Source: Parcubacteria group bacterium (GTDB lineage: Bacteria; Patescibacteriota; Minisyncoccia; Moranbacterales; UBA2206). From it: a stretch of DNA of 64,000 bases. The notes under the pieces were generated by a model. It did no database searches, had not been told where the DNA came from, and saw only the letters and a list, made by a program, of their open reading frames with translations. Both the position numbers and the translations under genes were made by a program. Shown piece after piece: positions 36,434-47,061 of this stretch (position 1 is its first letter; each line of letters opens with the position of its first letter). The DNA is taken from assembly GCA_041659505.1 (NCBI GenBank), contig JBAZYF010000004.1:78922-142921 (forward strand), given 5' to 3'.

Positions 36434-37414
36434 CTACCCTCCATTTTCCAACATTTCTTTCTCATCTAGAAGTCCCTTGATCGAACCATAAAAACGCACC
36501 TCGTGTGAGCTATTGACGATTCCCCAGTCCAGGCAAACTTTCAATATTTTTCCTTTGATGTGAGCTCCTAAAAAACCGCTTGCAAAAGAATCACCTGCCC
36601 CTGTCGAATCCAACGCCTTTACCATCCTGCCGGGAGCATACAGCACGTCAGTACCATTAGTCGCCCAAGCACCGCGCACGCCATCTGTAATAACCACTAT
36701 GTTTGCACCCATTTCTTTCAATTCCTGCAAAAGAAAAAATTCATTGTCCAAGTCGGATGTGGAAAAATTTTTAATTTGTGAAATAACTTCTAGGGCCTCA
36801 TCCTTGTTGAGAAAAAGCACCTCCGTTTCGGTAATTATCTCGATTATTTTTTTGACATCATCGTGAATATGGATCTGCTTCGGATTATACGCCAACTTAA
36901 GTTTGTGTTCTTTGGCAATTCTAGAAATTAGATCTAACTGACTTCTCCAATCGCCGTGAAGATCTCCAATGAAAATCCACTCGGCTGAACTGATTTTTTC
37001 TGGCACCAGTTCTAATTTTCCGCTTACTTTTTGATTAGAAAAAATTACATGTTCAGCTGAATTGCGATCTACCACAATTGCTGACATATCACTGAAAAGT
37101 TCTTTATCTTTAGTGATCAGATCGACACTGACTTTATTTTTTTTCAACTGATCCAAAATCCAATCCGCCACATGATCATTACCGATGTGTGAGTAGCAAG
37201 CAGCGTCGATGCCCAGACGTGAGAGTCCCACCGCCACATTAGCCGCGCAACCACCCAGCGCCTCAAAGCGCTCTTCGATGCGATATTTCGCTCCCAATTC
37301 AAACTCAATCTTTTGTTGACTCAAAAGATCCTCCGGCGTTTCTATGATTTTTCCTTCAGTCGTCGGAAAAAAAACATCCTTACAAGCCGAGCCGATACAA
37401 ATTACTCTTGACAT
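36434..37414 (-). CDS. PfkB-family carbohydrate kinase
   Basis: GGCAANVAVGLSRLG, NKDEA, DSTGAGDSFASGF. Confidence 0.92.
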   Translation of the reverse strand: MSRVICIGSACKDVFFPTTEGKIIETPEDLLSQQKIEFELGAKYRIEERFEALGGCAANVAVGLSRLGIDAACYSHIGNDHVADWILDQLKKNKVSVDLITKDKELFSDMSAIVVDRNSAEHVIFSNQKVSGKLELVPEKISSAEWIFIGDLHGDWRSQLDLISRIAKEHKLKLAYNPKQIHIHDDVKKIIEIITETEVLFLNKDEALEVISQIKNFSTSDLDNEFFLLQELKEMGANIVVITDGVRGAWATNGTDVLYAPGRMVKALDSTGAGDSFASGFLGAHIKGKILKVCLDWGIVNSSHEVRFYGSIKGLLDEKEMLENGG

Positions 37415-37519
37415 AGATTATAAATTCTTATCAAAAAATTATTTATTTATTTCATCATATTGATTATAGCACAAACAGTAAATAGTGAAAATATATTATT
37501 ATCTATACACAATTATTTA

Positions 37520-39637
37520 TCAACTCACACTAAATCCGCTCGGCGAAGTTGGCGCAGTCACATCTTCTATGCCGGAAATATATTCATAGGCACCGATCGA
37601 TGGTGGATCTGGACGAGAAAATCCAACCTTATCCGTCGGCACGCCAGCCAAAGGAATTCCAGCTCCGATGAGCGGGCTGTCCGACTGAAGCCGAAAATCA
37701 CAGGTATTATTAACGCAGTCCGTATAGGCAGCGATAAATTTAGGGTTTCCGCCGTTAATATAATCATGATCACCGGTTTCATCGATCAGCTCTGCTGTTC
37801 TCGCGCCATAGGTCGGCGGATTCCACATACCATAATAGTTGTTGGACGCGGGGTTGTTTGAACTATCTTTAATGAGACAGCTTTTTATTCCTTCAGCGTC
37901 ATAGATCCGTGGATCGCCATCGGGAACAGCCGAAGGATTGCAGGTGAAAGAACTGGTTACACCGGTTTTTTTATTCCAGCCCCACTGGTCACCAAACATT
38001 ACATCGACCGTTCCACTGACTACACAAGTCGTGTTCCAAGCGGTGTTGGTCCAAGTGATTCCACTGTCCGTGCAAGTGTTGCCAACGTTGGGGCAATTCG
38101 CACTCCAGTTTGGCGGCGTTGCACCGGTGTTGCCACTACCGGCTCCAACATAAACCGAACCGTTGGCGGTGAGCATCGCTTGCTCTCCACCCTGCCCGAT
38201 CCAATGTGAAATATCCGTATTGACCGACCAAGTTTGCGTGATAACATTTTTGGCGCACTCCACCCAATCTCCCATCGGCCCGCCACCAATGATGCCGAAA
38301 TTCGGATTAGTTGTTCCGCCAATAATAATATTATTGCGATATTCACCGCCGGTCGCCCAACCTTCCAAAGGATAGACTTGATCAGACTGAGCAATATTGA
38401 AAAAAGTATTGTTGTAAATTTTATCATTAGGAGCAGCAAAGCAAGTATTTCTGTGCGTAATATTAGCAAAAATATTATTATGCACCAGCCAATCATGATT
38501 ATTGTCTCCCTCCATCATGCAGGTCTGAGCTTCCAAATCATGGAAATAATTATTCTGAATTGTCACGTCGAAGGAATCACCCCCGACTATTTGGAAAAGA
38601 TCAGTGTGCGCACCACAATTGTCCGCCAAATCCGGTCGGTTCTCATTGGAATCCAAAAGATTTGAGACTTCATTATCTTCGATAATCGTTCCCTCAAGCA
38701 ATCCATCAAACACTCTTTCCGTGTTAATCAAGTTACGCACGATATTTCGACGAAAAATATTATCCACTCCGCCAGAAACAATCGGAATCCAATAAGATGA
38801 TCCAATCGCATAGCAATCGCCAGTTTCCCAAGTGATGCCAAGAGATGTGGTCAAAGAATGAGCGTCATTAGCAATGACTGTCCCCGCATCAGTTCCGGCC
38901 CAACTGTCTCCCGGATCCGTAAAATCCCAAATTCGCCGACCCTGCCACTGATTGGACGTCCAAGCAGAACTATAACTATCCGACAGTGTCGTACCGTTCG
39001 CACCCGTGTGATGTCCACCAACCAGAACCGGATTCGTGTCTCCTTCAATCAGATTATTTTCAGCAATATTGTCATGCCCGTCAAAAGTTATGGCTGCGCT
39101 GCCTACAGATTGGCTAGGGTTATAGAAATGACAACTGGTTACTTTGGAGTGACTCGGTGAGCTATCCCAACCGAAAGTTACGCCCGCGTACCCGGAAGAA
39201 TAACCATAAGAACCGGTGATACCCAGACCATTGACGATATTGTAGCTATGATTTATCTGGATGCCTGGACGGATAATCGCCGAATATTGCTGGGCGCCGG
39301 GAGTGATTTGAATAGTGATGTAAGTCGGACTGGTCGCGCAACTTGCGCCCGAGCATCCATCTGCTTTTGTCGTCAGCAATCCCTCGTCCGTGTGGTCGCC
39401 TCGAATATTAACTACATCCCCAGGAGAAACGGCCACATCAATCCCTTTCTGCACCGTACGAAAAGCACAGTTTCCAGATGATCCGGAAGCATCAACAGAA
39501 CCATTACAATTATCATTTCCATCCGTGCGGACATAGTAGTTCGTGGCACTAGCTCTAGCACCAAAACTAAAAATTCCACCAAAGATAATTAGACCGAGAA
39601 AAATTAATTTAGCGTTTAGCCTTTTAGCCTTCATCAT
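37520..39637 (-). CDS. Secreted right-handed beta-helix (pectin-lyase-like) protein, array member 6
   Basis: Signal peptide, YYV..DGND start, I.NN repeats, HTDLFQ, FRLQSDSP.I.AG..IGAYEY, tail DVTAPTSPSGFSVS. Confidence 0.8.
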   Translation of the reverse strand: MMKAKRLNAKLIFLGLIIFGGIFSFGARASATNYYVRTDGNDNCNGSVDASGSSGNCAFRTVQKGIDVAVSPGDVVNIRGDHTDEGLLTTKADGCSGASCATSPTYITIQITPGAQQYSAIIRPGIQINHSYNIVNGLGITGSYGYSSGYAGVTFGWDSSPSHSKVTSCHFYNPSQSVGSAAITFDGHDNIAENNLIEGDTNPVLVGGHHTGANGTTLSDSYSSAWTSNQWQGRRIWDFTDPGDSWAGTDAGTVIANDAHSLTTSLGITWETGDCYAIGSSYWIPIVSGGVDNIFRRNIVRNLINTERVFDGLLEGTIIEDNEVSNLLDSNENRPDLADNCGAHTDLFQIVGGDSFDVTIQNNYFHDLEAQTCMMEGDNNHDWLVHNNIFANITHRNTCFAAPNDKIYNNTFFNIAQSDQVYPLEGWATGGEYRNNIIIGGTTNPNFGIIGGGPMGDWVECAKNVITQTWSVNTDISHWIGQGGEQAMLTANGSVYVGAGSGNTGATPPNWSANCPNVGNTCTDSGITWTNTAWNTTCVVSGTVDVMFGDQWGWNKKTGVTSSFTCNPSAVPDGDPRIYDAEGIKSCLIKDSSNNPASNNYYGMWNPPTYGARTAELIDETGDHDYINGGNPKFIAAYTDCVNNTCDFRLQSDSPLIGAGIPLAGVPTDKVGFSRPDPPSIGAYEYISGIEDVTAPTSPSGFSVS

Positions 39638-39653
39638 AAAATTAAATTTATTC

Positions 39654-39677
39654 TGTTACTTGCCTTGTTACGTAACA
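39654..39677. promoter_or_regulatory. Putative operator, copy 2
   Basis: TGTTACTTGCCTTGTTACGTAACA, 23/24 identical to 48801-48824, just upstream of the ATG at 39637. Confidence 0.7.
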
Positions 39678-39694
39678 TATTATTTACATCACTT

Positions 39695-41392
39695 TTATTC
39701 AACACTTAATCCTTGAGGTGTTATTGGGGACGTCGTGTCTGTTCCAAAATATTCATACGCTCCAATATCATAGGCGCCGGCAATTCTGGCAATCGGATTG
39801 GCTGTGCCGGCGGTGTTAATATTGCCATAATAGGGACTGCCGATTGTAGCGCCGTTATTGATTGCGTCGCCGGAGGTGATTTTGAAATAGTCGGCGTTGG
39901 GGAGCAAATTAGTTCCATAGGTGCCGGAAAATCCGGTGGGCAAAGTGCCACCTGCAAACGTTGGAACTGTGATCTTGGCCGTCGGTTCCCATGCTGCAGT
40001 TATTATATTATCACCCTCTCCGTCATAAACGATATGCTCTCCCCAGTTGCCGGTTGAGACATAGACGTGATCTGTCCCGCTTGAACGATAATATAGATTA
40101 TTATTGTGGATGAGCGTTCCACTGCCAATGTCAGCGTACATAGGGATATAATCATAGGCAGATATCGAAGTTGTTACTACGCTTAATATATTATTTTTCA
40201 AATTAAATGTAGGCGTTCCACTTATAGTGCTACTATCCCTTGAAAAACCAATGCACCCAACAAAAGTATCTATTCCGTTCGCCTCTGCATATAGCGTGTT
40301 GTTGTAAATTCCAAATTCGGAGTTTCCATAGTCTGAACTGCTAAAATTGATTCCATAACCCACATTATTATAAATCAGATTATTATAAAAATAACTTGTC
40401 TGATCTTGAGCATAAAAGTTTTGAAAGATAATGCCATCTTTTGTGTTATTGCGAATTAAGTTATATCGCACCACTAAATCAGTAGGTATCCCATTAATCG
40501 GCCCATCTAGTGAGTCCCTAACGCTTATTCCGTAAATCTGCCCCGGAGCCACCGCGCCGGTGTCATAAAGATCACACCACTCTATCGTCACGTTTTTTGA
40601 ATTGTTATTTACCGCTATCGCGATACCATTTCCGGATTTATTGCTGTCGTTATTATCCGTGCCGTTATCATACACCTTGCAATGGCTTATTATTACCCCG
40701 TCAACACCGTTTCCGCAGTTTGCAGTATTGCCCCAGCTCGGGTATACGGCGATTCCCTCATGGTAGGTATTATATATTTCGCAATTGGTTATGTTGATGT
40801 TAGTATTAACAATGCTGGAATTCGCTTTTGCGCCGACCAATATGCCATACATCCAATATTTCTGGGTGTTTCCTGTCGGCTGCCCTTGATCGTGGACAAC
40901 GCAGTTATCCACCGTAATATTTGATATTGGTGAAGAATTTGAGTATCCAATATAGATTCCACCAGAATTTATTTGACTACCGTCAACTTCAAAACCTGCA
41001 AAGATTACGTCACTCTCTATTATTCTGACCGTAGAAGTGTTTGATATGGCAGTAGCTTTCAATTTAGCTCTTGTACCTGTCCCGTAAGCTGACCCGTCAT
41101 AGGCAACACCGGACGTCGCGATCAACAAAGGATTATCGCCCGTCCAGGTATCCTGCGACCGGAAATAAACCGTATCCCCGCTAGCAACTATATTTGAATA
41201 TCCGGCAGTAGCCATAACGCGATCAGGCGTCGCCCAAGCATTGGCATCATCCAATCCAGACAAACTGTCATTGCCTCCGTTTTTGACATAATATGTGGCG
41301 GCACTGGCTTTGGCGCTCGCGCCGAAAATTGCAAAAAATAGGATTGCGAGGAAAAATATTTTTAGTTTTAATTTTACTTTTACTTTTAGCAT
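39695..41392 (-). CDS. Secreted beta-helix protein, array member 5
   Basis: KLKIFFLAILFFAIFG signal, ATYYVKNGGND, beta-helix N-ladders, DIGAYEY, tail DTTSPITPQGLSVE. Confidence 0.82.
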   Translation of the reverse strand: MLKVKVKLKLKIFFLAILFFAIFGASAKASAATYYVKNGGNDSLSGLDDANAWATPDRVMATAGYSNIVASGDTVYFRSQDTWTGDNPLLIATSGVAYDGSAYGTGTRAKLKATAISNTSTVRIIESDVIFAGFEVDGSQINSGGIYIGYSNSSPISNITVDNCVVHDQGQPTGNTQKYWMYGILVGAKANSSIVNTNINITNCEIYNTYHEGIAVYPSWGNTANCGNGVDGVIISHCKVYDNGTDNNDSNKSGNGIAIAVNNNSKNVTIEWCDLYDTGAVAPGQIYGISVRDSLDGPINGIPTDLVVRYNLIRNNTKDGIIFQNFYAQDQTSYFYNNLIYNNVGYGINFSSSDYGNSEFGIYNNTLYAEANGIDTFVGCIGFSRDSSTISGTPTFNLKNNILSVVTTSISAYDYIPMYADIGSGTLIHNNNLYYRSSGTDHVYVSTGNWGEHIVYDGEGDNIITAAWEPTAKITVPTFAGGTLPTGFSGTYGTNLLPNADYFKITSGDAINNGATIGSPYYGNINTAGTANPIARIAGAYDIGAYEYFGTDTTSPITPQGLSVE

Positions 41393-41406
41393 TTTTATTC
41401 TTTCTC

Positions 41407-43050
41407 TTAGTTTACACTAAGTCCGCTGGGTGCGGAAGGAGAAATTATGTCTGTGCCTTGATATTCATACGCTCCAATATCATAGGCGCCGGCAATTCTG
41501 GCAATCGGATTGGCTGTGCCGGCGGTGTTGATGTTGCCGTCATAGGGACTGCCGAGTGTGGCACCGTTGTTCAAAGCGTCGCCAGAGGTGATTTTGAAAT
41601 AGTCGGCGTTGGGCGCCATGTCAGTTCCATATGTTCCAGAGAAGCCAGTAGGTAGCTCCCCTCCTGTGAAAAGTGGGTTTGTTACTTGTACTCCGGATGT
41701 TTCCCATGAGGCTAAATCAGAGGCATCGTAAGCAGACGCGTCAACCTGAACCCACTTAATTTCTGGATGAGACAAGGCATTGTCTTGATAATACAAATTG
41801 TTAGAATGATTAAGAACATCCGACTGTATTAAGGCCGTGTTTTTATTATTCTGATGCTGCCAAAAAATATTATTCCTCACATTTGCTGTCAGTCCAGTAA
41901 CGACGCCTCCAGTTGTTATACACTGGCCTTGAGTATAATCTGTGTTAGTTGTGCTGATTTGAGCTACAGTATTATTGTAGAAATTGATTATGCTATTTTT
42001 GCTATCCCTCACCAATCCATAATCAGCCGTAGTAAAGTGAACACCAGTTGAAACGGGGGAGCCAGATGATCCGCTATTGTAAATAATATTGCCATAAATA
42101 TCCATTTCTATAGCAAAACCTCTCGGAGTAAATGATATTCCTGAGTACCGGCTTGAGTATATGAGATTATGCCGTAAAGTGACACCAGTCATGCATTTAG
42201 TACTCTCATATTCAGAACATTCAACAGTAACCCCGTAATAATTATCATGAATATTATTATATTCTGCTACTAAATTAGTGATGTCATCTTTAAGTCGTAA
42301 GCCACCTGAACTTTTATCAGCCGACATGCTTGAGTTGTACACTTCATTATTTCTAATAATTACGTCCCTGACATAAGCAGTTCTTGCCCAAGTAGGATAA
42401 ACTGATATTCCGCCCCATCCAGAATTATATACGACATTATTGGTCATGGTTATATCGCTTACGGTTAAACCGTCTGGCTGTACCGTCCCAATATATATTC
42501 CATTAGACCCTTGCGCGGCTGAACCGCAATCATGGACTACATTATCATCGATGGCAATGTGACCAAAATCAGCAGTAGCGAACGTATGACATGCATCTAT
42601 CCCAAAAACGTTTGTTGAACCTCCATCTATCTCAAACCCACCAAAGAGAACATTACTAACTCCAATTTGAACTACCCCATATGATTTTGTGGGATCTGTA
42701 CCATTATTAATAGCTTTTAAAAATGCACGCTGTTGTGTTCCTGTTCCGTACCCCTTGCCGCGATATGTAACACCAGTTTTTGTTATCAGCGTAGGTGCCA
42801 ACTCTGATATCCACGACCCCTGCGTGTTGAAATAAACAACATCTCCGCTGGTAAGTACAGTCGAGCCTGTCCACTCCACCATACCTGGACAGTGCGCCCA
42901 AGCATTAGCATCATCAATACCAGACAAGGAATCATTTCCACCGTTTTTGACATAATAGGTCGCGGCGCTGGCTTTTGAACTCATGCCAAAAATTGCAAAA
43001 AATAGAATTGCCAGGAAAAATATTTTTAGTTTTATTATTTTAAAATTCAT
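41407..43050 (-). CDS. Secreted beta-helix protein, array member 4
   Basis: Same N- and C-terminal blocks, tail DIISPSAPSGLSVN. Confidence 0.82.
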   Translation of the reverse strand: MNFKIIKLKIFFLAILFFAIFGMSSKASAATYYVKNGGNDSLSGIDDANAWAHCPGMVEWTGSTVLTSGDVVYFNTQGSWISELAPTLITKTGVTYRGKGYGTGTQQRAFLKAINNGTDPTKSYGVVQIGVSNVLFGGFEIDGGSTNVFGIDACHTFATADFGHIAIDDNVVHDCGSAAQGSNGIYIGTVQPDGLTVSDITMTNNVVYNSGWGGISVYPTWARTAYVRDVIIRNNEVYNSSMSADKSSGGLRLKDDITNLVAEYNNIHDNYYGVTVECSEYESTKCMTGVTLRHNLIYSSRYSGISFTPRGFAIEMDIYGNIIYNSGSSGSPVSTGVHFTTADYGLVRDSKNSIINFYNNTVAQISTTNTDYTQGQCITTGGVVTGLTANVRNNIFWQHQNNKNTALIQSDVLNHSNNLYYQDNALSHPEIKWVQVDASAYDASDLASWETSGVQVTNPLFTGGELPTGFSGTYGTDMAPNADYFKITSGDALNNGATLGSPYDGNINTAGTANPIARIAGAYDIGAYEYQGTDIISPSAPSGLSVN

Positions 43051-43070
43051 TTCAAATTTACAATTTTAAA

Positions 43071-45068
43071 TTATTCCACTGCTAATCCGCTCGGCATATT
43101 CGGTGGAGTCGCGTCAGATCCTTGGTATTCATAGGCGCCGATATCATAAGCCGATCCTTGTGGTCTTGCAACTCCAAGATAATCCACATTATAGGGACTC
43201 CCAAGTGTTGCTCCATTGTCATAAGCAGTTGAAGAAGTGCTTATGCTTAAATCGCCCTCGGAAGGATCGGCATAATTTGGATCCGCGCTTTCAAATCCAT
43301 TGACATCAAATCCATTTCCTTGCCATGTTGCCCATGATACAGGATTCATTCCCCCACCAAAAACAGTTTGAATGGAATTTCCGGAATGATTATAATTAAT
43401 ATTATTATCTATTTCTACTGAACCAGCATTATAGGCGCCATAATAAATTGCTATTCCTAATTTTGAATAGAAAATATTATTTTTTATTGTAAAATTTCCT
43501 GGAGTATAAGCACATCCAGAATTGAGAGCAACGCCACCTCCGGCATTAGGAGCATAAATCGAATTATTTATAAAATAATTTTCTCCAGTAAGAGGATTAG
43601 CTTGTGTTGCACTTTGACCCGTATAAGCGAAAGCTGAATCGGCATGAGTTGACGTCTGTATGACTAAATTATTTGACCATACATTATTTTGGAATCCCCA
43701 ATCTAACCTTCCCGACGAATACATAGCAGTCATTGGTCCAATGATTTTATTTTTTGTAAACGTATTTCCTTGGATAGGCGCAGAATCAGCATATTGAAAA
43801 TAATAATAAGCTCTTAATGCATTAAGCGAAGATGACGCAATAAGGGCAGTCGCCTGATCACCCGTTAAACTGCAACTAATAAGATTATCACTAATCGTAC
43901 TATCCTGTACTGCTTGCCATGATATACCTTCACAGTCAGCGGTATCAAAATAATGGGTGAATTCAGGCACTGTATTTATTGATTGACCACTTGGAATTAT
44001 AATTTCCCCATGATGGGTTATCTCATTTTCTGTTACTAAATAATTTGAATGTTTTCCAACGCCTTCAGTGCCATTACTTGCCCAAAATGATATTCCAGAA
44101 TTACAATAACTTATATGATTTCCTTGTATTGTCATATCTGACAAAACAGCATTCGTGGAAGCATCAACAACCCCCCAAATCGCCCAATAGGTATTAGATA
44201 TTGTATTATTAGAAACGACATTGCCCTGTAAATTTGACGACCCAGATGCTCCATGCCCCATATGTATCGCAGTAGGACATCGAGTAAATGTTAAGCCATC
44301 AACTGTAATATAACTTCTATCACGAATATCAAATCCGGCAGGGGCATAATTAGAAGTTGCACCCTCACCGCCCATGGTCCATCCAAGAGATTCTAATATG
44401 CGGTCAGAAGGTGCTCCGCTTGATGGACTATAATACAATACAGACCCAGAATAATAAAACCATCCATTAGTCAATGATGCACTACTGCCAGGCAACAATG
44501 GCACTCCGTCTTCCCATAAAACTCTCGGTCTTATATAGGTTTGATTATATGTATAGATATAATTTCCAGTATAAATGCTGACATTTGTTGTATTTGTCCA
44601 TGTCCCTGTCAATAAAAACGTTCGATCAATCACAGGAGAATCACCTGGTGCCGCGGTATATGTGATAGGACTTCCTTCTGCTCCATCAGAAGGAGGAATA
44701 AATAAAGGTGATTCATTCCCAGTAGGCCTATAAGCATACACTGTTCCACCATGCGTCGTTGTTCTTTCTTCCATACCATCATCGCAAATATAAATAGTAT
44801 CGCCTGGAGCAAATGTCTGAGCATTGTGCGTAGCAACGGACATAGCTGTTGAAGCGGAAGAGCAGGAGGTGGCAGCGGACTTATCAGAAGCCGTTCCATC
44901 AAATCGCATATAATATTCTGCCGCGCTGGCATCTAGCGCTTTCATGCAAAAAACTGTCGGAAATAAAACCGCTAGAAAAAAGATTTTTAGTTTTAAATTG
45001 TCATTTTGCCTGCCCGAAATGCCGCCCATATTAAAAGTTTTTGACTGGTTATTTGTTAATATTTTCAT
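43071..45068 (-). CDS. Secreted beta-helix protein, array member 3 (start lies within an inserted repeat)
   Basis: LKLKIFFLA signal, FAPGDTIYI, N-ladders, DIGAYEY, tail DATPPNMPSGLAVE. Confidence 0.8.
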   Translation of the reverse strand: MKILTNNQSKTFNMGGISGRQNDNLKLKIFFLAVLFPTVFCMKALDASAAEYYMRFDGTASDKSAATSCSSASTAMSVATHNAQTFAPGDTIYICDDGMEERTTTHGGTVYAYRPTGNESPLFIPPSDGAEGSPITYTAAPGDSPVIDRTFLLTGTWTNTTNVSIYTGNYIYTYNQTYIRPRVLWEDGVPLLPGSSASLTNGWFYYSGSVLYYSPSSGAPSDRILESLGWTMGGEGATSNYAPAGFDIRDRSYITVDGLTFTRCPTAIHMGHGASGSSNLQGNVVSNNTISNTYWAIWGVVDASTNAVLSDMTIQGNHISYCNSGISFWASNGTEGVGKHSNYLVTENEITHHGEIIIPSGQSINTVPEFTHYFDTADCEGISWQAVQDSTISDNLISCSLTGDQATALIASSSLNALRAYYYFQYADSAPIQGNTFTKNKIIGPMTAMYSSGRLDWGFQNNVWSNNLVIQTSTHADSAFAYTGQSATQANPLTGENYFINNSIYAPNAGGGVALNSGCAYTPGNFTIKNNIFYSKLGIAIYYGAYNAGSVEIDNNINYNHSGNSIQTVFGGGMNPVSWATWQGNGFDVNGFESADPNYADPSEGDLSISTSSTAYDNGATLGSPYNVDYLGVARPQGSAYDIGAYEYQGSDATPPNMPSGLAVE

Positions 45069-45107
45069 AAGCTCGAATTAATTTTATGGAATTTCGCGGC
45101 AGGCGGG
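45009..45107 (+). repeat. 99-nt element with family C termini
   Basis: CCTGCCCGAAATGC...GCAGGCGGG, flanked on both sides by CATTTTG. Confidence 0.7.
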
Positions 45108-45125
45108 CATTTTGATATTTGCATT

Positions 45126-47045
45126 TTAATTTACCATAAGTCCTCCCGGAGCTATTGGCGACGTTGTATCAGTTCCAAAATATTCATACGCACCAATATC
45201 ATACGCTCCGGCAATTCTAGCAATCGGATTGGCTGTTCCGGCGGTATTGATGTTGCCGTCATAGGGACTGCCAAGCGTGGCGCCGGCGTTGAGAGAACTG
45301 CCAGAAGTGATTCTGAAATAGTCAGTATTAGGAAGCAGATTAGTGCCATAAGTTCCGCTGAAACTAACCGGAAGAGTGCCCCCGGTGAATGTTGGCGGAT
45401 CAATTAGTGCAGAGGCGTCCCAATCTCTTACTTGCGCTAAATTATAATTTCTAGCATTAGTGCCATATGTTCCATAGCGGATGACAGTTGCCGTTGGCCC
45501 TCCAATCGACCGGTAATAAATATTATTAGCTCTTGTTAGATGGCCTTGGGTGCAGGTATCATGGTCGTTATTATAACATTCTGTTATAGCGGGATAATCT
45601 CCGCTGTAGACAATATTATTTTTGAAATTGAATGTAGGGTTGCCCTTGATGTCATTATTTTGGATCCCAATCGCCCCGCCATCTCCGATGTAGATACTAC
45701 CTTTAATCGCAGCCGTACTGTTTACGTTGTAAAAGGTATTGTTATAGATATCCACGACCGTGTCTCCATAGTGGCAACTAGGAATCTTAAGATCATTTTT
45801 ATTATCAATAAACAAATTGCCATACAGCCTTGCATCAAAAGTTCTGCTTCCGAGGGCATTGGCGAATACAAAACCCTGATTATTATTCCGCACAATATTA
45901 TATCTAAACACAATATCATTGGGAACACCCGGGTCTGCGGGGATAAATTCTCCGTCGGTCACAACAGTTGCTCCGCTCGTATTTCCCTTAAGCACATCGC
46001 CATCGGAAGGGGCAACGATATAATCATTCGGCATAGAAATGAAGAGCGGACTTGCTTGCATGTGAGTTTGGGCTGAAAAAACTACTTGTCCGGTATCTGC
46101 TCCGCCTGACCAAGCACCTTGGCCATGATCCCATGATACAATTTCACCGTCCTGCAAAGTTCCAACCGGGTTGTTGTATGGCACATTAGCCGCTCTCGCA
46201 TAAGTCTCAATCTGTGCTCCATTGCCGGCATTATTATAGAGCGTACAATATTCAACAGTGACGTTATCTGCATCATCTTTGATATCCACTCCATTGCCAT
46301 AACCAGCAAGACTATTCCCATCCGAATCAATCCCTATGCCTGTGTCATGGACGGTGCAATTTCGAACTAAAACATTTTCGATACTATGCCCGCTTCGCGT
46401 CCAAGTCGGATAGATAACAATTCCCGCCCGCATAGTGTTATATACTTCCGTATTTGTTATGGAAACATTTTCAACAGAATAATTATATCCCCCAACAGTG
46501 CCAATGTAGATTCCCCTGATCCACCAATCTTGATAGGTCGTTCCCACATCATGCACGACACAATCATCGATCGCGAGATCGGTGAAACTTTCATTGCAAT
46601 AACCGCAGGCATCGATACCGCTAGTGTCATGCGAAGCCACATCGATTTCGAAGCCTTTGATATTGACGTGGCTCTTGGAAACAATAATTACTCCGTCACC
46701 ATCATACCCAGCATCATCCTTATCTCCTGTTGCCCGTAAAATCGCCCTCGCGCCAGAGCCGTACGTCGAACCATCATAAGTCGCACCCTCCTTTGCTGTT
46801 ATGGCAGGCGGATTGACTGCCCAAGTGCCTTGATTGTTGAAATAGACCGTGTCGCCACTCGTCACTGTCGCCTCAACTTTGGCAGTGGTCGCCCAAGCAT
46901 TTGCGTCGTTGAGTCCTGAGAGACTATCGTTGCCACCATTTTTGACGTAATAGGTGGCGGCGCTGGCTTTGGCACTCACGCCAAAAATTGCAAAAAATAG
47001 GATTGCAAGAAAAAATATTTTTAATTTTAGTCTTTGCTTTAGCAT
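45126..47045 (-). CDS. Secreted beta-helix protein, array member 2
   Basis: Same N- and C-terminal blocks, tail DTTSPIAPGGLMVN. Confidence 0.82.
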   Translation of the reverse strand: MLKQRLKLKIFFLAILFFAIFGVSAKASAATYYVKNGGNDSLSGLNDANAWATTAKVEATVTSGDTVYFNNQGTWAVNPPAITAKEGATYDGSTYGSGARAILRATGDKDDAGYDGDGVIIVSKSHVNIKGFEIDVASHDTSGIDACGYCNESFTDLAIDDCVVHDVGTTYQDWWIRGIYIGTVGGYNYSVENVSITNTEVYNTMRAGIVIYPTWTRSGHSIENVLVRNCTVHDTGIGIDSDGNSLAGYGNGVDIKDDADNVTVEYCTLYNNAGNGAQIETYARAANVPYNNPVGTLQDGEIVSWDHGQGAWSGGADTGQVVFSAQTHMQASPLFISMPNDYIVAPSDGDVLKGNTSGATVVTDGEFIPADPGVPNDIVFRYNIVRNNNQGFVFANALGSRTFDARLYGNLFIDNKNDLKIPSCHYGDTVVDIYNNTFYNVNSTAAIKGSIYIGDGGAIGIQNNDIKGNPTFNFKNNIVYSGDYPAITECYNNDHDTCTQGHLTRANNIYYRSIGGPTATVIRYGTYGTNARNYNLAQVRDWDASALIDPPTFTGGTLPVSFSGTYGTNLLPNTDYFRITSGSSLNAGATLGSPYDGNINTAGTANPIARIAGAYDIGAYEYFGTDTTSPIAPGGLMVN

Positions 47046-47061
47046 TTTGCTTTTTCCAATT

